Positions 46,618-56,449 of a DNA stretch of 64,000 bases are shown here, piece by piece. The stretch lies in assembly GCA_001784175.1 (NCBI GenBank), contig MFPR01000028.1, positions 327,614 to 391,613 of the forward strand. Reading direction: 5' to 3'. Source of the stretch: Candidatus Lindowbacteria bacterium RIFCSPLOWO2_12_FULL_62_27 (GTDB lineage: Bacteria > Lindowbacteria > 2-12-FULL-62-27). Position 1 is the stretch's first letter; each line of letters opens with the position of its first letter. Under the pieces are notes generated by a model. The model made no database searches. It saw only the letters and a list, made by a program, of their open reading frames with translations, and had not been told where the DNA came from. A program made the translations under genes and the position numbers.

Positions 46618-47970
46618 ATGAAATCCCAGAGAAAACCTGTCGTTGGACGGGGAGCTACGAAACAAGTATCTAGACAAGTATTTCTAGAGAGGGCGGAGCA
46701 TTACCGGGACGACATGGTCCGATTCCTCAGGGACCTCATCCGCATTCCGTCCGAAAGCGCGCAGGAGGAGAAGGTGGTCCGGCGGATCCAGCAGGAGATG
46801 GAGAAGCTGCAGTACGACGAGGTCGTGATCGACGGATTCGGCAATATCCGTGGCCGGGTCGGGTCCGGCCGCCGGAAATTCGCGATCGACGCGCACATTG
46901 ACACCGTCGGCGTGGGCGATCCGGACACCTGGAAGTGGGACCCGTTCGAGGGCAAGGTCGAAAACGGCATTATCTATGGAAGGGGCGCCTGCGACCAGAC
47001 CGGCGGCATGGTGAGCGCGACCTACGCGGGCCGCATCCTCAAGGACCTCGGGATCGGCGGCGATTATGCGGTGTACATGGTGGGGTCGGTCATGGAGGAG
47101 GACTGCGACGGCCTTCCGTGGTTGTACATTTTGCGCGAAGAGAATCCCGGCATCGAGTGCGTCATCATCACGGAACCGACAAACCTTCAGATTTATCGCG
47201 GCCACCGGGGCCGGATGGAGATCGAGGTCACCACGAAAGGCCTGTCCTGTCACGGCAGCGCGCCGGAACGCGGCGTCAACGCCGTCTACAAGATGGCGCC
47301 GGTCGTCAAGGAGATCGAATCGCTCAACACCCGCCTTCGGCACGACGATTTTCTCGGCAAGGGCACCGTGACCATCAGCGACATCCGCGCGACCTCCCCC
47401 TCGCTCTGCGCCGTCGCCGACAGTTGCACCATCCATCTGGACCGCCGCCTCACCGCCGGCGAAACGAAGGCCCTGGCGGTGTCGGAGGTCAAGGACGCCG
47501 CGCGCCGCGCGGGCATTCCGGACGCCCAGGTCCGCATTCTCGAATATCAGCGGCCCACGTGGACGAAGAAGGTCTACCCGATGGAGAAGTACTATCCGAC
47601 GTGGGTCCTTCGGGAGGACCATCCGCTGATCGTGTGCGCCGCCGAGGCGTACCAGCGGGCGTTGGGCGAGCGGGCGAAGATCGGCAAGTGGACGTTCAGC
47701 ACGAACGGCGTGGCGGTGGCGGGCCTCTGCGGCGTCCCCTGTTTCGGGTTCGGCCCGGCCGAGGAGAGCACCGCGCACAGTCCCATGGACCAGTGCCCGA
47801 TCGACCATCTCGTCAAGGCCGCCGCCTTTTACGCATCGTTTGTTCCGACCTATGTCGAAACCACGCGCCGTGACCAGATCCGCCTGGACGACGCCAGGCC
47901 AAAAGTCAAAAAGTCAAGAGCGGCACTTTCTGCACGCTCCGTACGCTCCGTAACGCGGTCGGGGCGGTAA
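46618..47970 (+). CDS. ygeY: YgeY-family M20 hydrolase
   Basis: DAHIDTV, GRGACDQ, EEDCDG, GHRGRME, SCHGSAPERG, KWTFSTNGV. Confidence 0.9.
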   Translation: MKSQRKPVVGRGATKQVSRQVFLERAEHYRDDMVRFLRDLIRIPSESAQEEKVVRRIQQEMEKLQYDEVVIDGFGNIRGRVGSGRRKFAIDAHIDTVGVGDPDTWKWDPFEGKVENGIIYGRGACDQTGGMVSATYAGRILKDLGIGGDYAVYMVGSVMEEDCDGLPWLYILREENPGIECVIITEPTNLQIYRGHRGRMEIEVTTKGLSCHGSAPERGVNAVYKMAPVVKEIESLNTRLRHDDFLGKGTVTISDIRATSPSLCAVADSCTIHLDRRLTAGETKALAVSEVKDAARRAGIPDAQVRILEYQRPTWTKKVYPMEKYYPTWVLREDHPLIVCAAEAYQRALGERAKIGKWTFSTNGVAVAGLCGVPCFGFGPAEESTAHSPMDQCPIDHLVKAAAFYASFVPTYVETTRRDQIRLDDARPKVKKSRAALSARSVRSVTRSGR

Positions 47971-47981
47971 TTGAGTTCACC

Positions 47982-48458
47982 ATGCCGCTAAATGATGTGC
48001 TGGAGGCGAAGGTCAAGCTGGTGGGCCTGGACGCCGCGAAGCGTCCGGTCGTGATCCTGGACTGCGGCGAGCGGGTCCTGCCGATCTGGGTGGGCAATTT
48101 CGAAGCGATGGCCATCAGTTCCGTCCTGTCGGGTTCGACTCCGCCGCGTCCCATGACGCATGACACCGCCATTAACATCATCCGCGCCTTTTCCTCCAAG
48201 CTCGACCGCGCGGTCGTGCACAAGCTTGAGAACAACACCTTTTTCGCCCGGCTCTATGTCAAGCGGCACGACGAGGAGACGCAGCACATCAAGGTCGTGG
48301 AGATCGACTGCCGGCCCAGCGACGCCATCGCGTTGTCGCTGCGGATGGAGGCCCCGATCTTCGTGAGCCGAGCCGTCCTCGACGCCGCCGGCGTCAAGAA
48401 CCTGAAAGTGGACCGCGGCTCCGGCGACGACGCGGCGCCGCCGGAAGAGGAACAGTAG
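47982..48458 (+). CDS. Bifunctional nuclease family protein (DUF151)
   Basis: LPIWVGNFEA, PRPMTHD, IDCRPSDAIAL. Confidence 0.92.
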   Translation: MPLNDVLEAKVKLVGLDAAKRPVVILDCGERVLPIWVGNFEAMAISSVLSGSTPPRPMTHDTAINIIRAFSSKLDRAVVHKLENNTFFARLYVKRHDEETQHIKVVEIDCRPSDAIALSLRMEAPIFVSRAVLDAAGVKNLKVDRGSGDDAAPPEEEQ

Positions 48459-48465
48459 CAGCCGC

Positions 48466-49344
48466 GTGATCGAGCGGTATTACCAAAAAGAGCCGTATCT
48501 CCCGCTTCAGCCAACGCTCCGGAAAAAACTGCAGGCCATCATGGACTCAAAGGAGGCCCAGGAGGTCCGCCGCGCGGCCATGGAGGAGGCCATCCATGCC
48601 TTTCCGCTTCTGGCCTTCAATCTGCTCAAGCTTGTGAACTCGTCGGTCTTCAATCTGAAAACCAAGGTGACCGTGCTCAAGCAGGCCGCGTCCCTGCCCA
48701 CCTTTGATCTGTTCAAAGACATGATTCAGCGCACGCCCGAGTATCCGCCCGATCTGGAGCCGGTCATGACCTTGAACCGGTTCGAGGAACATTCCCGCGC
48801 CACCGCCCTGACCGTGCAGCTTTTGGCGACGCTCGGCCGGCGGTTCAGCACGACCGACCGCGAGCGGCTCTTTACCGCCGCGCTTCTGCACGACATCGGC
48901 CGGATTTTCCTTGTGATGTCCGACCCGGACGGATACCGGAACATCCAGAAGGACGCGGGGGGATCGGGCTCCGTCGTCGAATCGGAGCGAAAATATTTCG
49001 GGACCGACCATGCGACGCTCTCGGCCCTGGCGGTCGAGCAGATCGGCATTGCCGACCCGCTGGTCCTGGACGCCATCCGCCGTCACCACGAAATCCCGAC
49101 CGGCGCCTCCATCCTGGTCGCCTATGCGGACCGGCTGGTCAAGCGATTCGGGATCGGGCCGTCCGAAGGCGGCGCCATGAGCGAGTCTGCCGCCCACGAC
49201 GAGGCGCGCCTCAAGGTGGCGCTGGAGGAGACGGTTCAAATGACCGTAGGCGAGATCATGATGCACGTTCTTTCGGAGGTCGACACACTGATGTCTTCGG
49301 GCCTGGCGCAATTCAAAAGCCTCACGGCATCGATGAGCATATGA
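48466..49344 (+). CDS. HDOD domain protein
   Basis: LLKLVNSS, EHS, ALLHDIGR, GTDHA, IRRHH. Confidence 0.85.
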   Translation: MIERYYQKEPYLPLQPTLRKKLQAIMDSKEAQEVRRAAMEEAIHAFPLLAFNLLKLVNSSVFNLKTKVTVLKQAASLPTFDLFKDMIQRTPEYPPDLEPVMTLNRFEEHSRATALTVQLLATLGRRFSTTDRERLFTAALLHDIGRIFLVMSDPDGYRNIQKDAGGSGSVVESERKYFGTDHATLSALAVEQIGIADPLVLDAIRRHHEIPTGASILVAYADRLVKRFGIGPSEGGAMSESAAHDEARLKVALEETVQMTVGEIMMHVLSEVDTLMSSGLAQFKSLTASMSI

Positions 49345-50405
49345 ACCCTCCTTCCTCCCGGCCGTCGTCGGAGACGCCGGCACTTGGGGCGCCGGAGGCG
49401 CTGACCCGGGCGCGCCTTCGGTTCATGTTCGCTGCTGTTCTGTCCCTCCTCGCGGTCCAGGCCTGCTCGACCCACGAGCTTCCGCCCGGCGGCGTGGCCT
49501 TCGGCCGGGTCCACCGGCTGGGCATTGTGCCGTGGGTGATGGACGCGCACCAGAAAAAAGTGGTGGACGCCTTTTTGGAGGCGCTGGCGCAGGCGGGCTA
49601 TTCGTCGAACACGAATCTGGAAGTGAAAATTCTGGACGCGGGCGGAAGCGTCCGCGCGCAGGAGCAGAACTTGCGGGACCTCCTCCTGTGGCCTTCCGAC
49701 CTGATTTTTTCCCTTTCGGCCGAAGGCACGCTGATGGCGAAATCCCAGGCTTCTGCGATCCCGGTCGTTTTCAGCGGAATCAGTTATCCGATGGAGATGG
49801 GTCTGGTGGAGCGCCTGGAGTTTTCATCCAACCAGATGGTGGGCATCAAGTGTTATGTGCCGGTGGAGGAGCAACTGGCGTTCCTCCTGCGCCTGATTCC
49901 CGGCGAGGTCCGGCGGCTGGGCGTGTGCCTGAAGGCGGGGGACCGGGACTCGAAGATTCTGCTGAAAGAAATCCGGGACCTGGCCGTCAAGCAGGGCATG
50001 GAGGTCATGCGGATCGAGGCGACCGACGCGACGAGCCTGATGCGCACCCTCGCGGAGGCCGGGCCGCCGGCGGACGCCTTTTATCTGGCCTGCGACGATT
50101 TCCTCCAAGGCGAGGGCGCCCGGCTGGTGATCGACCACGCCACGCGGCGGGGCATTCCGGTCATGTCCTGCGGCCAGCGCGCGGTGGAGCGGGGCGCGCT
50201 GGCCGGCGCCGTCGTGGACGAAGAGGCGGCGGCTCGGATGGCCGCGGCACAGGCCGCACAGATTCTGGGCGGCCGCACGCCCACGTCCCTCCAGACGCTC
50301 ACCGCCAGTCCGCCGAAGCTCATGGTGAACCGGTCCGCGGCGAGAAGTTTGGGTCTTCGGATTCCGCCGACGTTTCTGGGCGAAAACGTATTTATATATG
50401 AATAG
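49341..50405 (+). CDS. ABC-type substrate-binding lipoprotein (ABC_sub_bind); start at 49341 or 49425
   Basis: Lipobox AVQAC; IPVVFSGISYP, AAQILGG, LMVNRSAARSLGLRIP. Confidence 0.85.
   Translation: MNPPSSRPSSETPALGAPEALTRARLRFMFAAVLSLLAVQACSTHELPPGGVAFGRVHRLGIVPWVMDAHQKKVVDAFLEALAQAGYSSNTNLEVKILDAGGSVRAQEQNLRDLLLWPSDLIFSLSAEGTLMAKSQASAIPVVFSGISYPMEMGLVERLEFSSNQMVGIKCYVPVEEQLAFLLRLIPGEVRRLGVCLKAGDRDSKILLKEIRDLAVKQGMEVMRIEATDATSLMRTLAEAGPPADAFYLACDDFLQGEGARLVIDHATRRGIPVMSCGQRAVERGALAGAVVDEEAAARMAAAQAAQILGGRTPTSLQTLTASPPKLMVNRSAARSLGLRIPPTFLGENVFIYE
49359..49407 (+). repeat. REP-like repeat, second full copy
   Basis: 47/49 identical to the reverse complement of 36612-36660. Confidence 0.85.
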
Positions 50406-50408
50406 GCC

Positions 50409-52622
50409 ATGCTGACGGATCTGACGAGGGCCAAGTCGTTCCGGTCGCGGGCGCTGTCGTTCTGGGTGCCGGTGGTGATTCTGGAGGCGATCGTCGCGGT
50501 GTTTCTGGCCGACTATGTGGCGCGCAAGGGATTGAACGAGCGGATCGAGTCGAGCCTGACGGAGGACGCGAAACTCCGGAGCATCGCGGTCATTCGGGCG
50601 CTGGACGAGGTAGAGGAGAAAGCGCGGCGGCTGGCGATTCATCCGGGCATCCGCCGCAGTCTGGCCGGCCGGGACCGCCTGACGACCTTTTTGCTGCTGA
50701 CGGAAAACGTCCGGATTTTTCCGATCGGCACGCGTCTTGCGGCCATCGACATGCGCGGGGCGCCGGCGGGGGAGGCGACGCACGAAGTAAGCGAAGTGGC
50801 CGCGACCGCGCGGAGCCGGCATGAGGAGGGTCTGCCGATGGTAAGCCAGGAGCAGGTCTTCGTGAAGGAAGTCGGGATCAGTTATGTTCTTCCGATTCTC
50901 TCCGGCGCCGACGTCGTCGGCAATCTCCTCGTGGACGTTCCGTGGTCGCATGTGGGCGTCGGCCTGAACCTCGGCGGCCCGAGGGATTACCTTCTGGCGG
51001 CGGACGGCAAGGTGCGGATCGCATCGCGTCGCGCGCACGCGCAGGCCTGGGAATCGGCGCATCGTCCGGCCGCATCTCCGGCGTCGAGTGGCGAGATTTC
51101 GGAGCTTTTCAATCTGGAGAGCGACCTTGCGGTGAGCCGGTCCTTCCGGAGCGGCGACGTGAATCTCGAGATCGTGAGCGTGGCGCTGGCGTCGGAGGTC
51201 GAAATTCCGCTGGCGGCCTTGCGGCGGGACCTGATGATCGCGTTCGGGTTTCTGGGCCTGGCGATTCTGGCGGTGACCGTCTACCTCACGAGGCTTCTGT
51301 CCCGGCCTCTTGCGGAGATCGACCGGCAGGTCCAGGAGATGGCGCGCGCGGGCGGCATGGAATCGCGGCGCGTGAAGGAGGGCGGGACGGCCGAGACCGC
51401 GTCGCTGGCACGGAGTTTCAACGAATTCATCATCCAGATTCAGCGCGCGCGCGATAACGAGGCCCGGCTGCTTCAGCAGCTCGCCCTGCGCGAAAAAATG
51501 GCGGGCCTCGGCACGCTGGCGGGCGGCGTCGCGCACGAGTTCAACAACGCGCTCGGCGGCATCGTATCGAACGTCGAAAGCGCCCTGCACGACGTGAGCG
51601 ACCCGTCGGTCCGGGAGGACCTGGAGCTCGTGCGCAAGGTGGCGCTGCGGGCGAGCGCGATCGCGAAAAATCTGCTGGGATTCGCGCGCCAGGCGCCGGG
51701 GACCGAGGCGACGCCGGGCAACATCATCGAGGTTCTCGAGGACACGCTGAACATCGTCAAGCAGATTTTCGCGGCCGACGGCATGAACCTCGTGAAAAAA
51801 TTCGAGCCGGCGCCCGCGCTCAAGTTCGACCGCGGCCAGATGCAGCAGGTATTTCTGAATCTCCTGACGAACGCGCGCCAGGCGATGCGCCGGGGAGACA
51901 CGCTGACGGTGAGTGTGCGTGAGGCCGGTCGGCCGGTCGGGGGCCGGGAGCGGCGGATGGTGGAGATCGCGTTCACGGACACCGGCGTCGGAATTCCGGA
52001 GGAGAATCTCAGCAAGATATTTGAGCCGTTCTTCACGACCAAAGGCGCGCTGGGCGGCGGGGAGACGCCGGGGACAGGGCTGGGCCTGTCGGTGTCGCAC
52101 ACGATCCTTCGCAACCACGGCGGCGACATCACGGTCACGAGCAAACCGGGCGCGGGAACGACCGTGAGCGTGCAGTTGCCGGTGGACGAGACCGTGGTGC
52201 GGGTGGCGCCGGCGGTGAAGACGGCGCCGGCCCCAAAAATCCGGCGGGAGAAACTGAAGATCCTGGTCGTGGACGACGAGGACTCGATCCGGGCCTCGTT
52301 GGCCAAGACGCTGCGCCGGATGAACCATGAGGTGGACGCGGCGCCGAACGGTCATGCGGCGGTGCGGATGGTGGAGACGGAGGAGTACGATCTGGTGTTT
52401 CTGGATCTACTCATGCCGGACATGGACGGGTTTGGAGTTTTCAGTCAGATGAAGGAGGCGGTGGAGGAGGGCCGGCGGCCGAGAGTGGTATTCATGACGG
52501 GCGCGCCGACGCCGCAGAATCTGGAGCGTGCGAGTTCGTTGGGGGCGCTGGGCATCATGGAGAAACCGTTCGTGGTGGAGAGCATCACGGACTTCATCGA
52601 CCGTACGCTGGCGAGCGTGTAA
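50409..52622 (+). CDS. Hybrid sensor histidine kinase (2 TM, HAMP, HisKA, HATPase, REC)
   Basis: GVAHEFNN, NLLTNA, DTGVG, FFTTK, GTGLGL, ILVVDDE, LDLLMP. Confidence 0.93.
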   Translation: MLTDLTRAKSFRSRALSFWVPVVILEAIVAVFLADYVARKGLNERIESSLTEDAKLRSIAVIRALDEVEEKARRLAIHPGIRRSLAGRDRLTTFLLLTENVRIFPIGTRLAAIDMRGAPAGEATHEVSEVAATARSRHEEGLPMVSQEQVFVKEVGISYVLPILSGADVVGNLLVDVPWSHVGVGLNLGGPRDYLLAADGKVRIASRRAHAQAWESAHRPAASPASSGEISELFNLESDLAVSRSFRSGDVNLEIVSVALASEVEIPLAALRRDLMIAFGFLGLAILAVTVYLTRLLSRPLAEIDRQVQEMARAGGMESRRVKEGGTAETASLARSFNEFIIQIQRARDNEARLLQQLALREKMAGLGTLAGGVAHEFNNALGGIVSNVESALHDVSDPSVREDLELVRKVALRASAIAKNLLGFARQAPGTEATPGNIIEVLEDTLNIVKQIFAADGMNLVKKFEPAPALKFDRGQMQQVFLNLLTNARQAMRRGDTLTVSVREAGRPVGGRERRMVEIAFTDTGVGIPEENLSKIFEPFFTTKGALGGGETPGTGLGLSVSHTILRNHGGDITVTSKPGAGTTVSVQLPVDETVVRVAPAVKTAPAPKIRREKLKILVVDDEDSIRASLAKTLRRMNHEVDAAPNGHAAVRMVETEEYDLVFLDLLMPDMDGFGVFSQMKEAVEEGRRPRVVFMTGAPTPQNLERASSLGALGIMEKPFVVESITDFIDRTLASV

Positions 52623-52835
52623 AGTCTAACCAACACAATAATAAGCTATTACACCACATTTGAAAAAAACTATTGACGATGGGCGCCGACCTGTGAGATA
52701 GTGTGGGCACTCGGGCGGAGGCGGATCGCCCGTTTGATTGGGTGTTCTTTCAAAGTCGCATACGGAGACAAAGGCCGAAGGCGGCCAAGGGGAACGGACG
52801 CGGGGTGGGTGTCCGAATCCAAGGGGGTGAGGGTG

Positions 52836-54653
52836 ATGACCAAGGTGGGGCGGCGGATAGGGTTGATCTTGTTGGTGTGCGTGTTGAGTGTTCTTTTTTT
52901 GTCTCCGGATGCGTACGCGAAACGTAGTTTCAAGTTTACCGTCTTTATCGGCGCCGATGTGCGTCTCAAACTTCTAACTCTGAATGTAATCAGCACGGTG
53001 GCCGACACCTCTCTGGCGGACGGGCCTGTGTCCGTCACGCTGATTACTCCCTCCACTTACAAATTGCGTCCCCTCGGTACTGGCGATTACTATTATCTGG
53101 ACAGAGGGTATACTCTGACCAGCGTCCCCGGCTTTCTGAGCGGCAAGGTGTGGATCGTGGGGCGGGACGACGACAAGCTCAACAACGCGGACGGATTTCT
53201 GCAATTCGAGATCAGCGACACGGCCCGGGTCTATGTCTTCTATGACGGCAATGCGCCGAGCCTGCCGGGATGGATGACGACTTTGGGATTTGCTCCGGCG
53301 GATCAGACCATCACGACCAGCAATCCCGTGGCCGACACGCTGGTGGGGTATCTGAAGATCATGACGAAGGGCGTTGTCCGGCTGGGCGGCAATGACGGGA
53401 CGGCGACCGGTGCGCAGTGCAATTATGTGGTGGTCGTCCGCCGGCCGGTCAATGGGGACTTGGGCGATCCAACGCAGCTGGCCACGACACTCATGCAGTT
53501 TCCCCGGATGGGCCACCGGGTGGTGGCAATGAACACCGGCCGTGTTCTCGTCATGGGGGGGATCGACACGTCCAACACGCTGGTTGCGAAATGCGAACTC
53601 TACGACACCGTCCCGCAGTCTTTCAGCATCAGCGGCATGATGGTCCAGCCTCGGAACAACCCGGCGGTCGTGACACTGAACGACGGCCGGATCCTGGCCA
53701 TCGGCGGGGATCTGGACGGCGTGGTGACGGTATCGAGCGGGGGCGGCAGCGTCACGGGGATCACCGCGCTTGAGAGCTGCGAAATATACGACCCGTCAAC
53801 TCAGTTTTGGACCGCGACCGCGCCCATGGCGCACAAGCGGCGCCTGCCGGAGGCGATCACGCTGGCGGATGGCCGGGTTTTTGTATCGGGGGGGGTCGAC
53901 GACACGTATGGGTTTGGGATTCCCTACACGGAGGTGTACGACCCGGGAACCAACACGTGGACCGCGGGTCCGACCATGCTCAGTCTGGGTCCCTATAACT
54001 CCGGTTCATATCCGTTTGCCGCCGGCATGCGTTACGGCCACCGCATGTCGCTCTTGGCGGACGGCCGGGTGCTGATCGCGGGGGGAATGTGGCATGGCCC
54101 GGACATGGTTGACTATGCGATGGACGCCTGCGAGATTTACGATCCGGCGAGCAACGCAATCTCGATGGCCGCGCCGATGACGGCGCCCCGCAGTCGGTTT
54201 GGCATGGTCGATTTGGGCGGCGGAAAAATCGCGGCCTTGGGTGGGCTGTTCTACCAGGCGCCTTCACCGCCGATGACGTCGGCGACCTACGTGTCGACAT
54301 CGGACGTGGAGATATACGACGCGGCGACCAACACATGGTCTCCGGCCGCGCAGCTCCCCCGGGGGATGTATGATTTTGCGTATGCGTCGCCAGCCGCCAA
54401 CCGTGTGGTCGTGTTTGACGGATACGATGTGACGGGCACGGACGCCGGGGACATTCTCCTGTACGACGGCGTATTCAACACGTGGTCGCTGGTGGGCAGT
54501 CTGGTTAAGTCCCGGAGTTTCCCGTTCTCGAACGGCGCCGGCATGGTGACGGACGTGGGCGGCAAGGACTATTTCCTGTGCGGCGGCGTCCATCTGGACG
54601 AGGCGGCCGGCCAATCGACGATTCTGTCATCGGGGGAAAGATTCAAGTACTGA
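52836..54653 (+). CDS. Secreted kelch-repeat beta-propeller protein
   Basis: Signal peptide from ATG 52836; repeated L.DGRV.V.GG...E.YDP....W motifs. Confidence 0.88.
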   Translation: MTKVGRRIGLILLVCVLSVLFLSPDAYAKRSFKFTVFIGADVRLKLLTLNVISTVADTSLADGPVSVTLITPSTYKLRPLGTGDYYYLDRGYTLTSVPGFLSGKVWIVGRDDDKLNNADGFLQFEISDTARVYVFYDGNAPSLPGWMTTLGFAPADQTITTSNPVADTLVGYLKIMTKGVVRLGGNDGTATGAQCNYVVVVRRPVNGDLGDPTQLATTLMQFPRMGHRVVAMNTGRVLVMGGIDTSNTLVAKCELYDTVPQSFSISGMMVQPRNNPAVVTLNDGRILAIGGDLDGVVTVSSGGGSVTGITALESCEIYDPSTQFWTATAPMAHKRRLPEAITLADGRVFVSGGVDDTYGFGIPYTEVYDPGTNTWTAGPTMLSLGPYNSGSYPFAAGMRYGHRMSLLADGRVLIAGGMWHGPDMVDYAMDACEIYDPASNAISMAAPMTAPRSRFGMVDLGGGKIAALGGLFYQAPSPPMTSATYVSTSDVEIYDAATNTWSPAAQLPRGMYDFAYASPAANRVVVFDGYDVTGTDAGDILLYDGVFNTWSLVGSLVKSRSFPFSNGAGMVTDVGGKDYFLCGGVHLDEAAGQSTILSSGERFKY

Positions 54654-54709
54654 AAAGCGGCAACCCCCCCCTTCCTCGCTCTGCGGTTGCATGATACGGT
54701 CACCGCGCC

Positions 54710-55699
54710 ATGACGGGTTCTTCCAAACGGATTGCCATCGCAGTCATTTTGTCGACATTGGCCGTCGCCTGCGCGGTTGCGCTGTTCATGTGGGTCCGGG
54801 CCGGGCGCGATCAGGCCTCCCGCGAGCCCCGAACGCTCCTGTCGCCCCAGGTGGAACGGACCTGGCGGCGCGCACGGCTGGTTCACATGGGAAAATTGCG
54901 TCTGCGGTTGACCGAATATCTTTCATCGACGGGCGCCTTGGGGCATGCCAGCGTTTACGTGGAGGATTTGAACAGCGGCGTCGACATGGGCGTGAACGAA
55001 CGCGTTCCGCATGAGATTGCCAGTCTCCTCAAAGTCGGCGTGATGATGGCGTGGCTGAAGCGCGACGCGGAGGAGCCGGGCCTTCTGACGAAAGCCGTGT
55101 GGGTCGACTCGTCCCACCTGACGCCCAACGATGAGATCGCCGAGAAAATGACTGCGCCGATGCCGCCCGGGCAGTATCGGATCATCACGTTGATCGAACG
55201 GATGATCATCTACTCCGACAATACGGCCGTGCAGGCGCTCAAGTCCGCAGTCTCGTACGCGTGGATGCTGGGCGTGTATGATGACCTCGGCCTTCCCAAT
55301 CCATATCACGAAAGGTTGGCGGGGGACACCTCTGCCCGCGTGCGCATCCTTTCGGCCAAGCAATACTCCCGCATCTTCAAGGCGCTTTACAACGCCTCCT
55401 ATCTGGACGAGGAGCACTCCGAGTTGGCGCTGAAGCTATTGACGCAAACCAAGTTCGATCTGGGATTGCGCGCCGTCCTGCCGGAGGGAACCCTCGCGGC
55501 CTTGAAATACGGCCTGCTGACGGACGCGCTTCATGAGAGCGGGATCGTGTATGTGAAGGACAATCCCTATCTGGTCGTGATTTTCACGCACGGCTACCGG
55601 CCGGACGAGCCTGTCGAAACGCCGCTCGGGCTGATTCGTGGGTGTGGAAAGATCGTCCATGAGTTTTTTCAAGACCTAGCGATGGAGGAGCGTCAATAG
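54710..55699 (+). CDS. Class A beta-lactamase-like serine hydrolase
   Basis: SxxK (ASLLK), SDN, KYG, HESGIV; N-terminal TM. Confidence 0.85.
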   Translation: MTGSSKRIAIAVILSTLAVACAVALFMWVRAGRDQASREPRTLLSPQVERTWRRARLVHMGKLRLRLTEYLSSTGALGHASVYVEDLNSGVDMGVNERVPHEIASLLKVGVMMAWLKRDAEEPGLLTKAVWVDSSHLTPNDEIAEKMTAPMPPGQYRIITLIERMIIYSDNTAVQALKSAVSYAWMLGVYDDLGLPNPYHERLAGDTSARVRILSAKQYSRIFKALYNASYLDEEHSELALKLLTQTKFDLGLRAVLPEGTLAALKYGLLTDALHESGIVYVKDNPYLVVIFTHGYRPDEPVETPLGLIRGCGKIVHEFFQDLAMEERQ

Positions 55700-55749
55700 G
55701 TCGGATTTAGACGTGTGTTGTGGCAGCCTTCCTAGAGAAATTGGTTAAT

Positions 55750-55815
55750 CACAACAAATTCAGAAAATTAGCACAACAACTATTTCTTGACATTTTCGTA
55801 ATGTAAGGTAATAAT
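55750..55815 (+). promoter_or_regulatory. Sigma70-like promoter with upstream CACAACAA direct repeat
   Basis: CACAACAA at 55750 and 55772; TTGACA 55787-55792, 17-bp spacer, AATAAT; AAGGAG RBS at 55861. Confidence 0.6.
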
Positions 55816-55876
55816 ATGATTGTTCGTAAAGAACGTCAAGTTTGCACCATTACTATATATAAGGAGTATACGTAAA

Positions 55877-56449
55877 ATGAACCAGCGCGAATACAGTAGT
55901 GAAGATGCGGCGAAGATATTGCATGTGACGCGGACCACGATTGGGACGTGGATCAAGGAGGGGAAGCTGAAGGCGTACAAGCTGCCGGGGGGCCGGCACC
56001 GGATACCGCATGAGTTTATGGTGGAGTTTATGAAGGAGTACGGGATCCCGATGCATTATCTGGATGCGGGGCGGCGGCGGGTACTGATCGTGGAGGACGA
56101 CGAGGCGCTCTTGCGGGGGTTGCAGAAGGCGTTTGAGCGGGACGGGCGGTATGAGATATCGACGGCGTCGACGGGGTTTGACGCGGGGTTCAAGACGAAG
56201 CAAATCCATCCACATGTCATCATCCTGGACATCAAGCTGCCGGATCTGGACGGCCGGGAGGTCTGCAAGATGCTGCGGTCGGACGCTGATTTTTCCGAGG
56301 TGAAGATGATCGCGGTATCGGGGTATTTGTCGGAAGTGGAGATCAAGGATCTGGACCAGGTGGGGTTCGACACGTTTTTGGCGAAACCGTTTTCGAGCGA
56401 GGAATTGATCACGAAGGTGGCGGAGTTATTGAGCGTGGGCGTGGCGTGA
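55877..56449 (+). CDS. Excisionase-type HTH plus receiver domain response regulator
   Basis: AAKILHVTRTTIGTWIKEGKLKAYKLPGGRHRIP; VLIVEDD, LDIKLP, AKPF. Confidence 0.9.
   Translation: MNQREYSSEDAAKILHVTRTTIGTWIKEGKLKAYKLPGGRHRIPHEFMVEFMKEYGIPMHYLDAGRRRVLIVEDDEALLRGLQKAFERDGRYEISTASTGFDAGFKTKQIHPHVIILDIKLPDLDGREVCKMLRSDADFSEVKMIAVSGYLSEVEIKDLDQVGFDTFLAKPFSSEELITKVAELLSVGVA

Noticed and set aside
49824-52355. 843-aa minus ORF (and similar Arg/Pro-rich long ORFs elsewhere)
   Set aside because: Shadow frames of genes with clear motifs on the other strand or frame.
54710-55699. Functional antibiotic-resistance beta-lactamase
   Set aside because: KYG replaces KTG and no clear omega-loop ExxLN; more likely a PBP-like serine hydrolase.
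55791-55820. Possible dif/Xer site
   Set aside because: No recognisable XerD arm (TTATGTTAAAT); better explained as a promoter.
55877-56449. Excisionase indicating a prophage or ICE
   Set aside because: The HTH is fused to a receiver domain; no integrase, tRNA or phage genes nearby.
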